Below the pieces are notes generated by a model. It searched no databases. It was not told the origin of the DNA and was given only the letters and a program-made list of their open reading frames with translations. From Gammaproteobacteria bacterium (GTDB taxonomy: Bacteria > Pseudomonadota > Gammaproteobacteria > Pseudomonadales > Pseudohongiellaceae), in assembly GCA_029253585.1 (NCBI GenBank), contig JAQWZF010000008.1:37980-101979 (forward strand): a DNA stretch of 64,000 nt. Reading direction: 5' to 3'. Both the position numbers and the translations under genes were made by a program. Below are positions 1 to 9,340 of the stretch, one piece after another (positions within the stretch are counted from its first letter, which is position 1; each line of letters opens with the position of its first letter).

Positions 1-101
1 TAAGCGGTGATATATGCAGATAAGGCTGGCACGATACGGCAAAGAGCTGGCCGAAATAAGTGAAGTAACGTTATTTAACGTTAAGGAAGGCCTGAATTGG
101 C

Positions 102-1283
102 CTAGATTGGCTGCTGCGCCGCGAGGCGGGTCTCAGCTGTAGGCCGCGGATGGTCTGGTATGAGCTGGGAAAGCAGCAAGGAGCCGCAGGCGATACCGGC
201 ACCGACCAGAAAGACGGCACTGTGATTGATTACCCAGACCAGTCCCAATGCTGCTGGCAGTAGAACCGCGGCGATGTGATTGATGGTGAAGCTAATGCTG
301 GAGGTTGCAGCGATATCCGCTGGGTCGGCGATTTTCTGAAAATAAGTCTTGATTGCGATGGCCATGGCGAAAAACATATGGTCGAGCAGATAGAGCGCGA
401 TCGCGAATTCTATGGTGTCTACGAAGGCATAGCTGACGAAGATGACGATCAGGCCAATATACTCCAGTGTCAGCGCACGGCGCTCGCCGATGTAGCTGAT
501 CAGGCGGCCAATCTTCGGCGCGAGAAAGAAGGTTAGTGCCGCGTTGACCAGCGTCAGCATGACCACGTCTTCGATGGGGAAATTAAATTTCTCTACCAGA
601 AGGAATCCGGCAAATACGACGAATATCTGACGTCGTGCACCGGCGAAGAAAGTCAGCAGATAATACAGCCAATATTTCTTGCGCAGGAATAACGTTTTTT
701 CCTGTACGACGCCGTCTTCGAAATGGGGTATGGCGACCCAACAGAAAACGCCGATGACCATCGCAGTGCCGCCCGCTAGCAGGTAGATGATATTGTAGTT
801 CGCGGCAAAGAACATCAGATAGATATAGAGCGTGCCGAGGATGGCGAAATTACACAGAGCGCGCACGCTGAGAATCTTGCCCATCACGCGCGGAGCTTCG
901 TTTATGCTGAGCCACTGCAGGCTGAGTGAGTTGTGTAAGGTTTCCAGGTAGTGGAAGCCGATGGACATGAGCACGGTACTGAAATAGAGCCACAGTGCCG
1001 CCGGATAGAAAGCGGTAATAGCGGTACCTAGACCAAGAGTTAGTAAGGCCAGTATGGCAAAGGTCTGCTGTCTTATGAATAGCATCACCAGAATGGCCGT
1101 GAAGGCGAGGAATCCGGGGACTTCGCGAAGGCTTTGCAGAATTCCGATCTCTTCGCCAGTAAAAGCCGCGTGCTCAATCGCAAAGTTGTTCAGCATTACC
1201 TGCCAGGTAACGAAGGCTATCGTATTGCCTATCGCTAACAGATAGAGAAGGGTCTTGCGCTCTTGAAGCAGCTTGCTGGGCAT
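102..1283 (-). CDS. Multi-pass membrane transporter, MFS-like
   Basis: 393-aa ORF, hydrophobic throughout with about 10-12 helix-length segments. General MFS-like architecture; no diagnostic motif recognised. Confidence 0.55.
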   Translation of the reverse strand: MPSKLLQERKTLLYLLAIGNTIAFVTWQVMLNNFAIEHAAFTGEEIGILQSLREVPGFLAFTAILVMLFIRQQTFAILALLTLGLGTAITAFYPAALWLYFSTVLMSIGFHYLETLHNSLSLQWLSINEAPRVMGKILSVRALCNFAILGTLYIYLMFFAANYNIIYLLAGGTAMVIGVFCWVAIPHFEDGVVQEKTLFLRKKYWLYYLLTFFAGARRQIFVVFAGFLLVEKFNFPIEDVVMLTLVNAALTFFLAPKIGRLISYIGERRALTLEYIGLIVIFVSYAFVDTIEFAIALYLLDHMFFAMAIAIKTYFQKIADPADIAATSSISFTINHIAAVLLPAALGLVWVINHSAVFLVGAGIACGSLLLSQLIPDHPRPTAETRLAAQQPI

Positions 1284-1408
1284 AGTATTGCTTACGCAGT
1301 TCGGCAGTGGTGTGGTAATGATTCAGTAAGTGGCTTGGTTCTTCGCGCCTCAAGCGATGCGTAATGGCTATGGCGTGAGAACGCTGGCGATTATATCATT
1401 ACCGCCTC

Positions 1409-2479
1409 ATGTCATCTCTCTCAATTTTCGCAGGCAGCCACGCATTGCAACGTATTCGCAGTGAGGGCATTAATGCCGATCAATTTAGCATCATGTTGGC
1501 TGCCTCCGGGGGTCCAAAATGGTTTGTGCTGTATGGGCTCGATCGCTATCTCTTCGGTGAGTTCTTTGCCGGGCGTCAGCGCGAGCTGATTACGCTTGGC
1601 TCTTCCGCCGGGGCATGGCGAATGTGTTGTCTTGCCACGAAGAATCCAGTGGCCTCCATCGAGCGACTCGCGAAACGCTATAGCGAGGAGCGCTATTCCG
1701 AGCAGCCCACCACCGATGAGATCACAGACAAGGCCAAGGAAATGCTCGCCGATATGCTAGGTGCTAGCGGGGTTACCGAGATCGTTCATAATGAGGTGTT
1801 CAGGACCCATATCATCGCCGACCGGGCGCGAGGAATCGGCTCATCGCAGCTAAAGGCTGCCCGCATGTTGCAATTAATGAGTAGTGCGCTCCTCAATACC
1901 CTTAGCAGGAAGACGCTCTCGCTCTTCTTCGAGCGCACTATCTTCAGCAATATGGGACAAATGTCGCCCTGGCGGGATGTAGCTGACTTAAAGACCGCCA
2001 TCGTCGGGATGAATGAGGACAACTTGGTGGATGCGATGATGGCGAGCGGATCGATTCCCTTCGTGCTCAATGGGGTGCGCGATATAGTCGGTGCGAATCA
2101 GGGTTTATATTGGGATGGAGGCATAACCGACTACCATTTTGATTTTCCATTCCCTGCTGACAACGACCTGGTCCTGTACCCGCATTTTTCACCCACAGTG
2201 ATTCCCGGCTGGTTTGACAAGCGTGTACCCTGGCGCAGAGTAAACCTCGAAAACTTTAAGAATGTTGTGTTGGTGGTGCCGTCTGCGGAATTTGTAGCTG
2301 ATCTGCCCCATGGCAAGATACCCGACAGAACCGATTTCGAGACCCTCGACTATGACAGTCGCCTTGCCTATTGGAATACCGTTCTCGAGAAGAGTAAGCA
2401 CCTGGCTGAGGATTTCTCGGCGCTGGTTAACGCAGGAGCCGGCATCGAAGACGCGCAGCCCTTTACCGGACAACGCTGA
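1409..2479 (+). CDS. Patatin-like phospholipase family protein
   Basis: GxSxG nucleophile elbow (LGSSAGAW) and downstream Asp motif (WDGGITDY), giving the Ser-Asp dyad typical of patatin-like lipases. N-terminal Gly-rich AASGGPKW. Confidence 0.7.
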   Translation: MSSLSIFAGSHALQRIRSEGINADQFSIMLAASGGPKWFVLYGLDRYLFGEFFAGRQRELITLGSSAGAWRMCCLATKNPVASIERLAKRYSEERYSEQPTTDEITDKAKEMLADMLGASGVTEIVHNEVFRTHIIADRARGIGSSQLKAARMLQLMSSALLNTLSRKTLSLFFERTIFSNMGQMSPWRDVADLKTAIVGMNEDNLVDAMMASGSIPFVLNGVRDIVGANQGLYWDGGITDYHFDFPFPADNDLVLYPHFSPTVIPGWFDKRVPWRRVNLENFKNVVLVVPSAEFVADLPHGKIPDRTDFETLDYDSRLAYWNTVLEKSKHLAEDFSALVNAGAGIEDAQPFTGQR

Positions 2480-2493
2480 TACTGAGCCTATCT

Positions 2494-3000
2494 ATGAACC
2501 GGATTAATGAGTTAGAACAGATACGTCCTGTAGAGACTGCAGATGCGCCTGTTATCGCAGCCATCTATAACTGGTATATCGCGCATAGCCGTTGCACCTT
2601 CGAACAGCAGCAAGTCAGTGATGCAGACATGGGGCGGAGGATCGCAGCGGCGGGTGCGAGCATGCCCTGGCTGGTCTTGGAGGAGGGCGGTATTGTGCTG
2701 GGCTATGCCTATGCCTCGGTTTGGAAGGCAAGAGCTGCCTACGACCGCTCGCGGGAGGTGACGGTCTATCTGCATCATAATGCTACTGGCAAGGGACGTG
2801 GCAGAAGGCTATACCAGCAACTTGTTGATGAATTAGGTAATACGCCGATACATAGTCTAATTGCCAGCATCGCGCTTCCGAATGCAGGCAGTGTCGCTTT
2901 GCATGAAAGTCTGGGATTCGAAAAGGTAGGTCAGTTTTCCAAGATTGGTTTCAAGTTTGGCGAATTCGTGGATGTGGGTTATTGGCAACTTAATTTATGA
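2494..3000 (+). CDS. GNAT family N-acetyltransferase (phosphinothricin-acetyltransferase-like)
   Basis: 168 aa. N-terminus (IRPVETADAPVIAAIYNWYI..STFE) and the acetyl-CoA-binding style segment (GKGRGRRLYQQL) resemble PAT/GNAT proteins. Confidence 0.7.
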   Translation: MNRINELEQIRPVETADAPVIAAIYNWYIAHSRCTFEQQQVSDADMGRRIAAAGASMPWLVLEEGGIVLGYAYASVWKARAAYDRSREVTVYLHHNATGKGRGRRLYQQLVDELGNTPIHSLIASIALPNAGSVALHESLGFEKVGQFSKIGFKFGEFVDVGYWQLNL

Positions 3001-3197
3001 AACAGTTCAACCGGTACGCTATGCACAGAAAGAGACTAAGAATTCCATTGCTTTTTGCGCTGTGTCTGCTGTTGTCTTCCTGTGTCGGAATGGCAGTTGG
3101 TGCGGCGGTAGATACGACGATTGAGATAGCGAAAGTGCCGTTTAAGGTTGCTGGTGCAGTTGTGGATCTAGCAGTGCCTGACAATGACGACGAATAA
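2997..3197 (+). CDS. Small putative lipoprotein
   Basis: 66 aa. Basic N-terminus, hydrophobic stretch and lipobox-like LLSSC. 4-nt overlap with the upstream gene (ATGA) suggests translational coupling. Confidence 0.4.
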   Translation: MKQFNRYAMHRKRLRIPLLFALCLLLSSCVGMAVGAAVDTTIEIAKVPFKVAGAVVDLAVPDNDDE

Positions 3198-3220
3198 GAC
3201 GACCGAATAGAGAAGTAGAT

Positions 3221-3640
3221 ATGAGTTTAAAAGCAGAAGACTACGCAATTGATTCCAACTATCGTCATTGGGAAGGAGATAAGGCCGAAGATTATATCGG
3301 GCCATTCTTCTTCATCATGGATGGCGAAAACCCCAGAACTGCCTTTCGCGTTAAAGAGCATCATTGCAATGCCCACGATACCTTGCATGGAGGTGTGATG
3401 ATGGCGTTGGCAGACTACACGCTCTGCCTATGCGCCAACGGGGGTGAGACCGAGAGCGTGGTGACGGTAAGCTGCAATAGCGAGTTCATCGCGCCGGCCT
3501 TTAAGGGTGATTTGGTTGAAGGACGTGGTGAACTGGTGAAGCGCGGCGGCTCCATAGTCTTCTCGCGCTGCGAACTGTTTGTTGGTGACACCGTGGTGCT
3601 AACCAGTAGCGCCGTTATCAAACGGCTGCGCAAGAAATAA
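3221..3640 (+). CDS. PaaI-family hotdog-fold thioesterase
   Basis: 139 aa. The motif HCNAHDTLHGGVMMALADYT matches the PaaI/4HBT-type signature (..N..G.lHGG....l.D). Confidence 0.75.
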   Translation: MSLKAEDYAIDSNYRHWEGDKAEDYIGPFFFIMDGENPRTAFRVKEHHCNAHDTLHGGVMMALADYTLCLCANGGETESVVTVSCNSEFIAPAFKGDLVEGRGELVKRGGSIVFSRCELFVGDTVVLTSSAVIKRLRKK

Positions 3641-3644
3641 CTTT

Positions 3645-4292
3645 TCACATCCTGTCGATTAGCGCCGCTGTCAGCTGCGCAGGTGTCTCGACGATAAAGA
3701 CAGACTTTTCTTTCGTCAGTTCCTCAGAGCTTCCATAGCCCCACAGTACGCCGGCGGAACTTAGCCCTGTCAGCCGTGCCGATATCAGATCGATGTCTCT
3801 ATCGCCTATCATTAGCGAATTCTGTTTCACTATGTCCTTATCTACTAGCTCGCGCAGCTGGTCTGACTTGGTCATTCCGTAATTTCCGCATCCGCTGACA
3901 AATTCGAAGTACTTGTCGAGTTCGAATTCCTGCAAGATCTTAATGGCATACTTCTCAAACTTTGAAGTGCAAACACCTAGCCGGTAACCCTTAGATCTAA
4001 GTGTGTCCAGCAGCTCATAGATGCCGTTATAGACGACATTCTCCGCATAGCCAAATTCGCCGTAACGTTCTCTGTAGGTCGACACTAGTTCCTTGATGTG
4101 GTCTTCGTCATCACTGCCGGACAGCTCGCCTAGTGCTATTTCCAGAGGTGGGCCTATATAGGGTTTGATTTCCTGCTCCGACCTTGGCTGGTAATTATGA
4201 CTGCTCAGCGCATAGTTCATGCAGCGCACGATGCCGGTCAGCGGGTCTGTCAAAGTGCCGTCCAGATCGAAAATCAAGCTGTGGTAAGACAT
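3645..4292 (-). CDS. HAD-superfamily hydrolase (phosphoglycolate-phosphatase-like)
   Basis: HAD motif I (FDLDGTLTD) at the N-terminus, motif II (CTSK) and motif IV-like (GDRDID). Confidence 0.8.
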   Translation of the reverse strand: MSYHSLIFDLDGTLTDPLTGIVRCMNYALSSHNYQPRSEQEIKPYIGPPLEIALGELSGSDDEDHIKELVSTYRERYGEFGYAENVVYNGIYELLDTLRSKGYRLGVCTSKFEKYAIKILQEFELDKYFEFVSGCGNYGMTKSDQLRELVDKDIVKQNSLMIGDRDIDLISARLTGLSSAGVLWGYGSSEELTKEKSVFIVETPAQLTAALIDRM

Positions 4293-4294
4293 GT

Positions 4295-5326
4295 CTAGTC
4301 CTGGAGGCTATATACCTTTTCTGCAGTGCCATAAAACATGGCATGCTTTTCCGGTTCGCTGAAATCTGCAATCATCTTCTTGTAGGCATTAAACAAGACA
4401 TGGTAATTAATTGATAGTCGATCTACGGGGAAGTTGCTCTCAAACATGCATCGCTCGGGGCCGAAGCATTCGATGGCGTGCATATAATACTTCTGCTGTG
4501 CCTTTATAAATTCATCGGAGCTTGGGGGGCTGTCTTGTAGATGCCATCCGAAACCATTGTCGGGCATTGCCAGGCCGCCTAGTTTTGCATAGACATTGGG
4601 GCAGCGAGCTATTTCTGCGATTTCCTGCTTCCACTCCCCAAAGATTTCATCTGCACAGTGCTTGTAAATGCCGACTCCCAGGGGTGTACCGAAATGATCG
4701 AGAATCATTGTGCACTCAGGAACCGCACGCGCGAGATCCAAGAAGCCTAGATTCTGATGGTGATAGTGCCAGGTATCATAGGTTAGGCCCTGATCTGCTA
4801 TGATGCGCAGTCCCTTACGAAACGATTCCTTGCCATGAAGATAGGGAGGTGCAGCGCTCACGATAAGCAAGTCTTCCGGGCGTCGGTCTCGCGCGGCCGA
4901 ATGGCGAATCCCGCGTAGGAGGCCATCGCCTGCACTGCGATGTTGCTCCAGGGCTTCCAGTAAGAGCTCTGTAGAATCTCCCCCAAGTGTTAAGTCACAG
5001 TGAGCGACTATGCCAGAAATTCTCGCCTTGTTCTCAGTATCTGCCCGACTCTCGGCCGCTAGCTTCGCTATGAATTCTGTTTCTCCCACCGATTTCAGAT
5101 GTTCCGCTCCATCGTGTCGGTAGAACGCTCGGCACTCCATGAAGACAGTCTTGACGACGTTATGCCCCGAGCCGGTATCGGCCCATAATTCCGGTAGCAG
5201 ATAGTCGCGATTAAAGCGCTTCTTCCAAAGGTGGTGATGAGGATCGATGATCGCGCGATCTGGATCGATGATCTCTTCTTTGATCTGAGCTAGCCATTGA
5301 TCGGAACCCGGTTCGATATCAGACAT
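4295..5326 (-). CDS. Amidohydrolase-2 family metal-dependent hydrolase
   Basis: IIDPHHHLW metal-binding motif near the N-terminus. The ATG at 5326 is preceded by GAAGGAAG, so I prefer it over the longer ORF-track start at 5371. Confidence 0.7.
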   Translation of the reverse strand: MSDIEPGSDQWLAQIKEEIIDPDRAIIDPHHHLWKKRFNRDYLLPELWADTGSGHNVVKTVFMECRAFYRHDGAEHLKSVGETEFIAKLAAESRADTENKARISGIVAHCDLTLGGDSTELLLEALEQHRSAGDGLLRGIRHSAARDRRPEDLLIVSAAPPYLHGKESFRKGLRIIADQGLTYDTWHYHHQNLGFLDLARAVPECTMILDHFGTPLGVGIYKHCADEIFGEWKQEIAEIARCPNVYAKLGGLAMPDNGFGWHLQDSPPSSDEFIKAQQKYYMHAIECFGPERCMFESNFPVDRLSINYHVLFNAYKKMIADFSEPEKHAMFYGTAEKVYSLQD

Positions 5327-5574
5327 AGTTCTTCCTTCTCTAGTTCGATGCGTCAGGGCGCAAGTTACCATCAGCCAGTTATCAGGGGAATAGCTGTGAG
5401 CCCTATGGGTTGCTGAGTTTGTTGTCGCCTTTTTGTTGCCTTACTATTGCCGTCGTGTAGTATGCCTTGGGGTAGAAAAAATAGGTTGATGCAAATCAGT
5501 GCGGCTGGTAAATGTCCCTTCGATGGGTGCTCAACAGTTTAGTGAACAAGTAGAAAAAAGAGTCGGAGTAATAA

Positions 5575-7116
5575 ATGGGTTTGTCTGCTTATGTGATCCT
5601 CGGGTATTTAGTGTTCTTCATCGCCGTGGGTATTTATATCAGTAGTGGCAATAGAAGTTCTGCCGACTGGGCAATAGGCGGAGGCACTCTGGGGGTAGGT
5701 ATGCTTGCGGCCGGCGTGGCTGGCACGCGCATCGGTGGCGCTGGAACCTATGGTGTGGCGGGCGATGTCATCAGCGAGGGCATTGGCCACCTCTGGTACG
5801 GAGTGAATTCATTCGCCGCCCTATTTCTGGTGGGGCTGTTCTTCGCAATCCCCTACCGCAAGCTCAAACTCTCCAGTGTGGGAGAAGTTTTCGATAGGCG
5901 CTTCGGCTCGCGCCGTTGTCAGTCTCTAACCAGCCTCTGTGTGCAGGCTGAGTATCTGGTCGTGAATATTATTGAGCCCTATGTTATCGCTACTATAGTT
6001 AGCGGTGTGACCGGCTGGCCGTTCTGGCTGTGTGTGATCATAGGTGGAATAGTGATTGTGCTGTTCACAGTAACCGGGGGTTTAAAGGGTACTGCCATAA
6101 CCAATATCGTGCATTGCACGGTGATTATCTTTGGCCTGGGTGCCGTTGGCTTTGTCGCTATGCAAAATCTGGGGGGCTGGGATTCTGTTGTCGCTCAGTC
6201 TGAGGTGATGCTGGCGGAGTCCGGTAAAGACATTCCCTCGTGGTGGAGTTTTACCGGCATAGGCTGGGCAACGATTATCGCCCTGTTCATATCTGCCACG
6301 ATTCACACACCGGCGGCTTCGGTGTATGCGAACTATGCGAGCTCGGCGGCGAAGCAGGAATATCTGATACCGGGCTTTTTTCTGGCCGGGGTAATTGCGG
6401 CCTTGATGCCATTAGTGGCAGGGTTTATCGGAATTCTTACCATGGTGAACTATGGTTCTGAGTCTGGACTCTCGGGCTATCTGAATATCGCGCAGCTTGC
6501 GATAGATACCGGGCCATTGCTTGGCGGTATAGCACTGGCAGCTGTCTTGGCGGCGGTAATATCTTCAGGTGCCCCAATTTTGCTGGCTAGCGCAACCATG
6601 TTGGTCAATGATTGGATACCGGCATCCAAAAATTACTCCAGCGACAAAAAGCTGCGTGCCTACAAGCTCGTCACTATTATCTATGGCTCCAGCGCCGCAT
6701 TCTGTGCCTGGTATTTTAATTTCGGTTCGGTCCTTCAGTTTCTGCTGCTCGGCTTCGCTATGGTGGTGCCGCCAGCGATTGCGGTGACCTATGTGTTCTA
6801 TTGGAAGAGAACCACTGAGCAGGCTGCATTCTGGGGAATATTGATTGGTTTTGTGGGGGGGCTTCTGATGTGGCTACTTAACAACGCATTTTCCGATGCA
6901 GATAATGCCGACGTCGGTGGTTTTGCCCAATACTGGTATGAACTCTGCCTGGCTCTTGGGGAATGGCGCGATCCGTCTTTTGTGACACTATTGTTGCCAC
7001 TATTTAGTATTCCACTGATCTCCATCTTGTTCCCGAACAAGGTGGATGATTCAGCGATGTCCGCTACCTTCTATGAAAAACTGGGCAGGATTCAACGTAA
7101 CTTTACCTGGGCTTAG
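5575..7116 (+). CDS. Sodium:solute symporter (SSS) family transporter
   Basis: 513 aa with about 13 hydrophobic helices. Gly-rich helices typical of the SSS family; AGGAG-like RBS (GAGTCGGAG) upstream. Confidence 0.75.
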   Translation: MGLSAYVILGYLVFFIAVGIYISSGNRSSADWAIGGGTLGVGMLAAGVAGTRIGGAGTYGVAGDVISEGIGHLWYGVNSFAALFLVGLFFAIPYRKLKLSSVGEVFDRRFGSRRCQSLTSLCVQAEYLVVNIIEPYVIATIVSGVTGWPFWLCVIIGGIVIVLFTVTGGLKGTAITNIVHCTVIIFGLGAVGFVAMQNLGGWDSVVAQSEVMLAESGKDIPSWWSFTGIGWATIIALFISATIHTPAASVYANYASSAAKQEYLIPGFFLAGVIAALMPLVAGFIGILTMVNYGSESGLSGYLNIAQLAIDTGPLLGGIALAAVLAAVISSGAPILLASATMLVNDWIPASKNYSSDKKLRAYKLVTIIYGSSAAFCAWYFNFGSVLQFLLLGFAMVVPPAIAVTYVFYWKRTTEQAAFWGILIGFVGGLLMWLLNNAFSDADNADVGGFAQYWYELCLALGEWRDPSFVTLLLPLFSIPLISILFPNKVDDSAMSATFYEKLGRIQRNFTWA

Positions 7117-7130
7117 GGCAAGCCCAGGTA
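7104..7130. terminator. 11-bp perfect hairpin between convergent genes
   Basis: TACCTGGGCTT-AGGGC-AAGCCCAGGTA overlaps the symporter stop codon. There is no clear U-run, so function is uncertain. Confidence 0.4.
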
Positions 7131-7147
7131 TAGCTTTCAGTGAAGTG

Positions 7148-8713
7148 TTATCTCTGCAGTTCAGCGTTAGCCTGAATTAGAAACGGGCCGGGTGTCTCAT
7201 AACTTTTCTCCAGCAAGCTGGACAGCTCTTCGGCAGTATCCGCAGTCGCGCCCGGCACTCCGAAGCTCTTGGCCATATCGACCCAATTGATCTCTGGATT
7301 GCCAATATCAAACAGGCCGGCGGCAATATCCCCAATCTCGGTGACGCCTAGTCGTGCATATTCGACGTTAAGAATATTATAGGAGCGGTTTGCAAAGACA
7401 ACCGTTGTTACATTCAGGCCTTCTCTGGCTTGAGTCCAGAAACTCTGATTGGTATAGGCCGCGCCACCATCACCAAGCAATGCCAGGACCTGTCGGTCCG
7501 GACAGGCTAGGGCAGCACCCGTTGCGCAGGGGCCACCTTGACCAATTGCGCCGCCAGTTAGGCTGAGCCAGGTATTAGCCGCCGAATTTTGGCAGTAGGG
7601 ATAGGCTGCATTACCGCCACCGGAATCGGTGGCTACGATCACATTCTCAGGCAGGGTAGCCGCCACAGATTGAACAATAGATCTCGTATCCAGTTCGCCG
7701 CCAGGCTTGGCAATCTCAACTTTTTCGAAGTTCTTTACGGGTTCGTTCTGTGCGCTCAGGCGCTCTGCCATGCGCTGCAGGGCGTCTATGGCATCTTCCT
7801 CAATGTGGCTCAGACGGCTGACTTTACATCCTTCGGGGATGAGTTGCCCTGGCACTCCCTTATAGGCAAAGAAACTGGCGGGGATCTGGCCGCCTACTAA
7901 AATTAGATTTTCTACGCCCTTCAATGTTGCCAATACCTGTTCTGGAAAATAAGGCAGGCGTTCTACGGCAGCCGCACCTGGCCCACCATCAACACGCCCT
8001 GGAAAGGTGCCAGTCATCAGGCGGCAGCCAGTCTTGCTTGCAATCTTATTGGCTAGCGCGAGAGCGGCAGGGTCGGTTCCATGATGTTCGAGAAGCAGCA
8101 TATTGCTTCCGCCTTTCTCCAGTAGCGGGGCGAGCTTTTGAATTGTCTGCTCATCGATCTTGCTACGTTGGGGTAGGGCATTCGGCATTACCGGCCCCGT
8201 ACTTTCGCCCCAAGCCGCATCGGCACCCATTATCAGGGTGGCGATCTGGCCGGCAGAGCCGGGACTCTGCCTGAGGGTCGCGCTATAGGCATCGGCGCCA
8301 TCCTGTGCGAGTGTGTCATTGGTGCTGCAAGACTTGATCCAGGAAGAATAATTCCTGGCGAGGGTGTCGATATCTGAAGTAAGCGGGGCATCGAAACCGA
8401 TATGATAACTAGGGTGATTGCCAATGATGTTAATCATCGGCGAGTTTGCCCGGCGCGCGTTGTGTAGGTTGGCGATGCCATTCGCCAGTCCTGGCCCAAG
8501 ATGCAGTAGTGTAGCCGCAGGTCTGCCGGTCATTCTTGCGTAGCCATCGGCGGCGCCAGTACAGACGCCCTCGAAGAGTGCGAGTACCGACTTCATCTTT
8601 GGAACACTGTCTAGAGCCTGAACGAGATGCATCTCCGAAGTGCCGGGGTTTGCGATGCAAAGCTCGACTCCACAGTCTGCCAATGTTTCGATTAATGCGG
8701 TTGCTCCATTCAT
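7148..8713 (-). CDS. Thiamine-diphosphate-dependent enzyme (acetolactate-synthase-large-subunit-like)
   Basis: N-terminal pyrimidine-binding domain (GVELCIANPGTSEMHLVQAL) and C-terminal ThDP motif (GDGGAAY...N). 521 aa. Confidence 0.8.
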   Translation of the reverse strand: MNGATALIETLADCGVELCIANPGTSEMHLVQALDSVPKMKSVLALFEGVCTGAADGYARMTGRPAATLLHLGPGLANGIANLHNARRANSPMINIIGNHPSYHIGFDAPLTSDIDTLARNYSSWIKSCSTNDTLAQDGADAYSATLRQSPGSAGQIATLIMGADAAWGESTGPVMPNALPQRSKIDEQTIQKLAPLLEKGGSNMLLLEHHGTDPAALALANKIASKTGCRLMTGTFPGRVDGGPGAAAVERLPYFPEQVLATLKGVENLILVGGQIPASFFAYKGVPGQLIPEGCKVSRLSHIEEDAIDALQRMAERLSAQNEPVKNFEKVEIAKPGGELDTRSIVQSVAATLPENVIVATDSGGGNAAYPYCQNSAANTWLSLTGGAIGQGGPCATGAALACPDRQVLALLGDGGAAYTNQSFWTQAREGLNVTTVVFANRSYNILNVEYARLGVTEIGDIAAGLFDIGNPEINWVDMAKSFGVPGATADTAEELSSLLEKSYETPGPFLIQANAELQR

Positions 8714-8819
8714 GTTGAGGCTCTCCTTCTGGCTACAAGCACCCGCGAAATTTGTTCGCGGAAAAGCTGGTTATCATAGCATCAAAGGCAGAGTCGGCAA
8801 GTATCAGAGGGTTGGCGAA

Positions 8820-9169
8820 TTGGCACTAAGTAAAGAGCAGCGCGAGTATGTCGCGCACATTGTCGACCTGTTGCAAGTCATCGGTCCGGTGGCTTCGGGT
8901 TATTTATGGAAGGCTTGATGTTCGGCCTTATCGCCGACAATGAACTCTATCTGAAAGTCGATGCGCAGAATCTGCAGGACTATGAAGACTTGGGCTTGCA
9001 GGCATTTAGCTATGGCTAGAGTGGGAAGGAATTTAAGATGAGTTACTTTCAGGCGCCGGAAGAGGCGATGGATGACAGTGAGTTGTTAAGCGTCTGGGCA
9101 TCCAATGCCTATGGTGCTGCAATGCGGGCTGCCGCGAAGAAGGGAAAACACGCTAAGACCAAGAAATAG
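8820..9169 (+). pseudogene. TfoX/Sxy-family (N-terminal-domain type) gene, disrupted
   Basis: Frame A reads ALSKEQREYVAHIVDLLQVIGPV. Frame +2 continues GGFGLFMEGLMFGLIADNELYLKVDAQNLQDYEDLGLQAFSYG, then TAG at 9017..9019, then in-frame SGKEFKMSYFQAPEEAMDDSELLSVWASNAY. That is one frameshift near 8880-8895 plus one internal stop. Confidence 0.6.
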
Positions 9170-9226
9170 TGCTACCTGAATTGATGAGGGGCTGTAGATG
9201 TTTTGTATCGATGAGAAACTTGGGGC

Positions 9227-9270
9227 AGGTGTTTATAGGGTGGGTGTTTATCGGGTAGGTGTTTAATAGA
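9227..9270 (+). repeat. Three direct repeats of GGTGTTTA at exact 15-nt spacing
   Basis: AGGTGTTTATAGGG / TGGGTGTTTATCGGG / TAGGTGTTTAATAGA. Located about 70 nt upstream of the 9341 CDS. Confidence 0.6.
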
Positions 9271-9340
9271 TGCCAGCCCTTATTTGGTTTACACTCCACA
9301 GCAGTTATTTTAGTAATTTTACAGTCTATGGGAGAACGCC

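Noticed and set aside
8820-9169. In-frame TAG codons (here and at 62040..62578) as possible programmed amber read-through or pyrrolysine
   Set aside because: TAG terminates clearly intact genes in this window (e.g. 9341..10336, 11725..13254). The affected loci also carry frameshifts, and no pyl-type context is visible. Decay is the simpler explanation.
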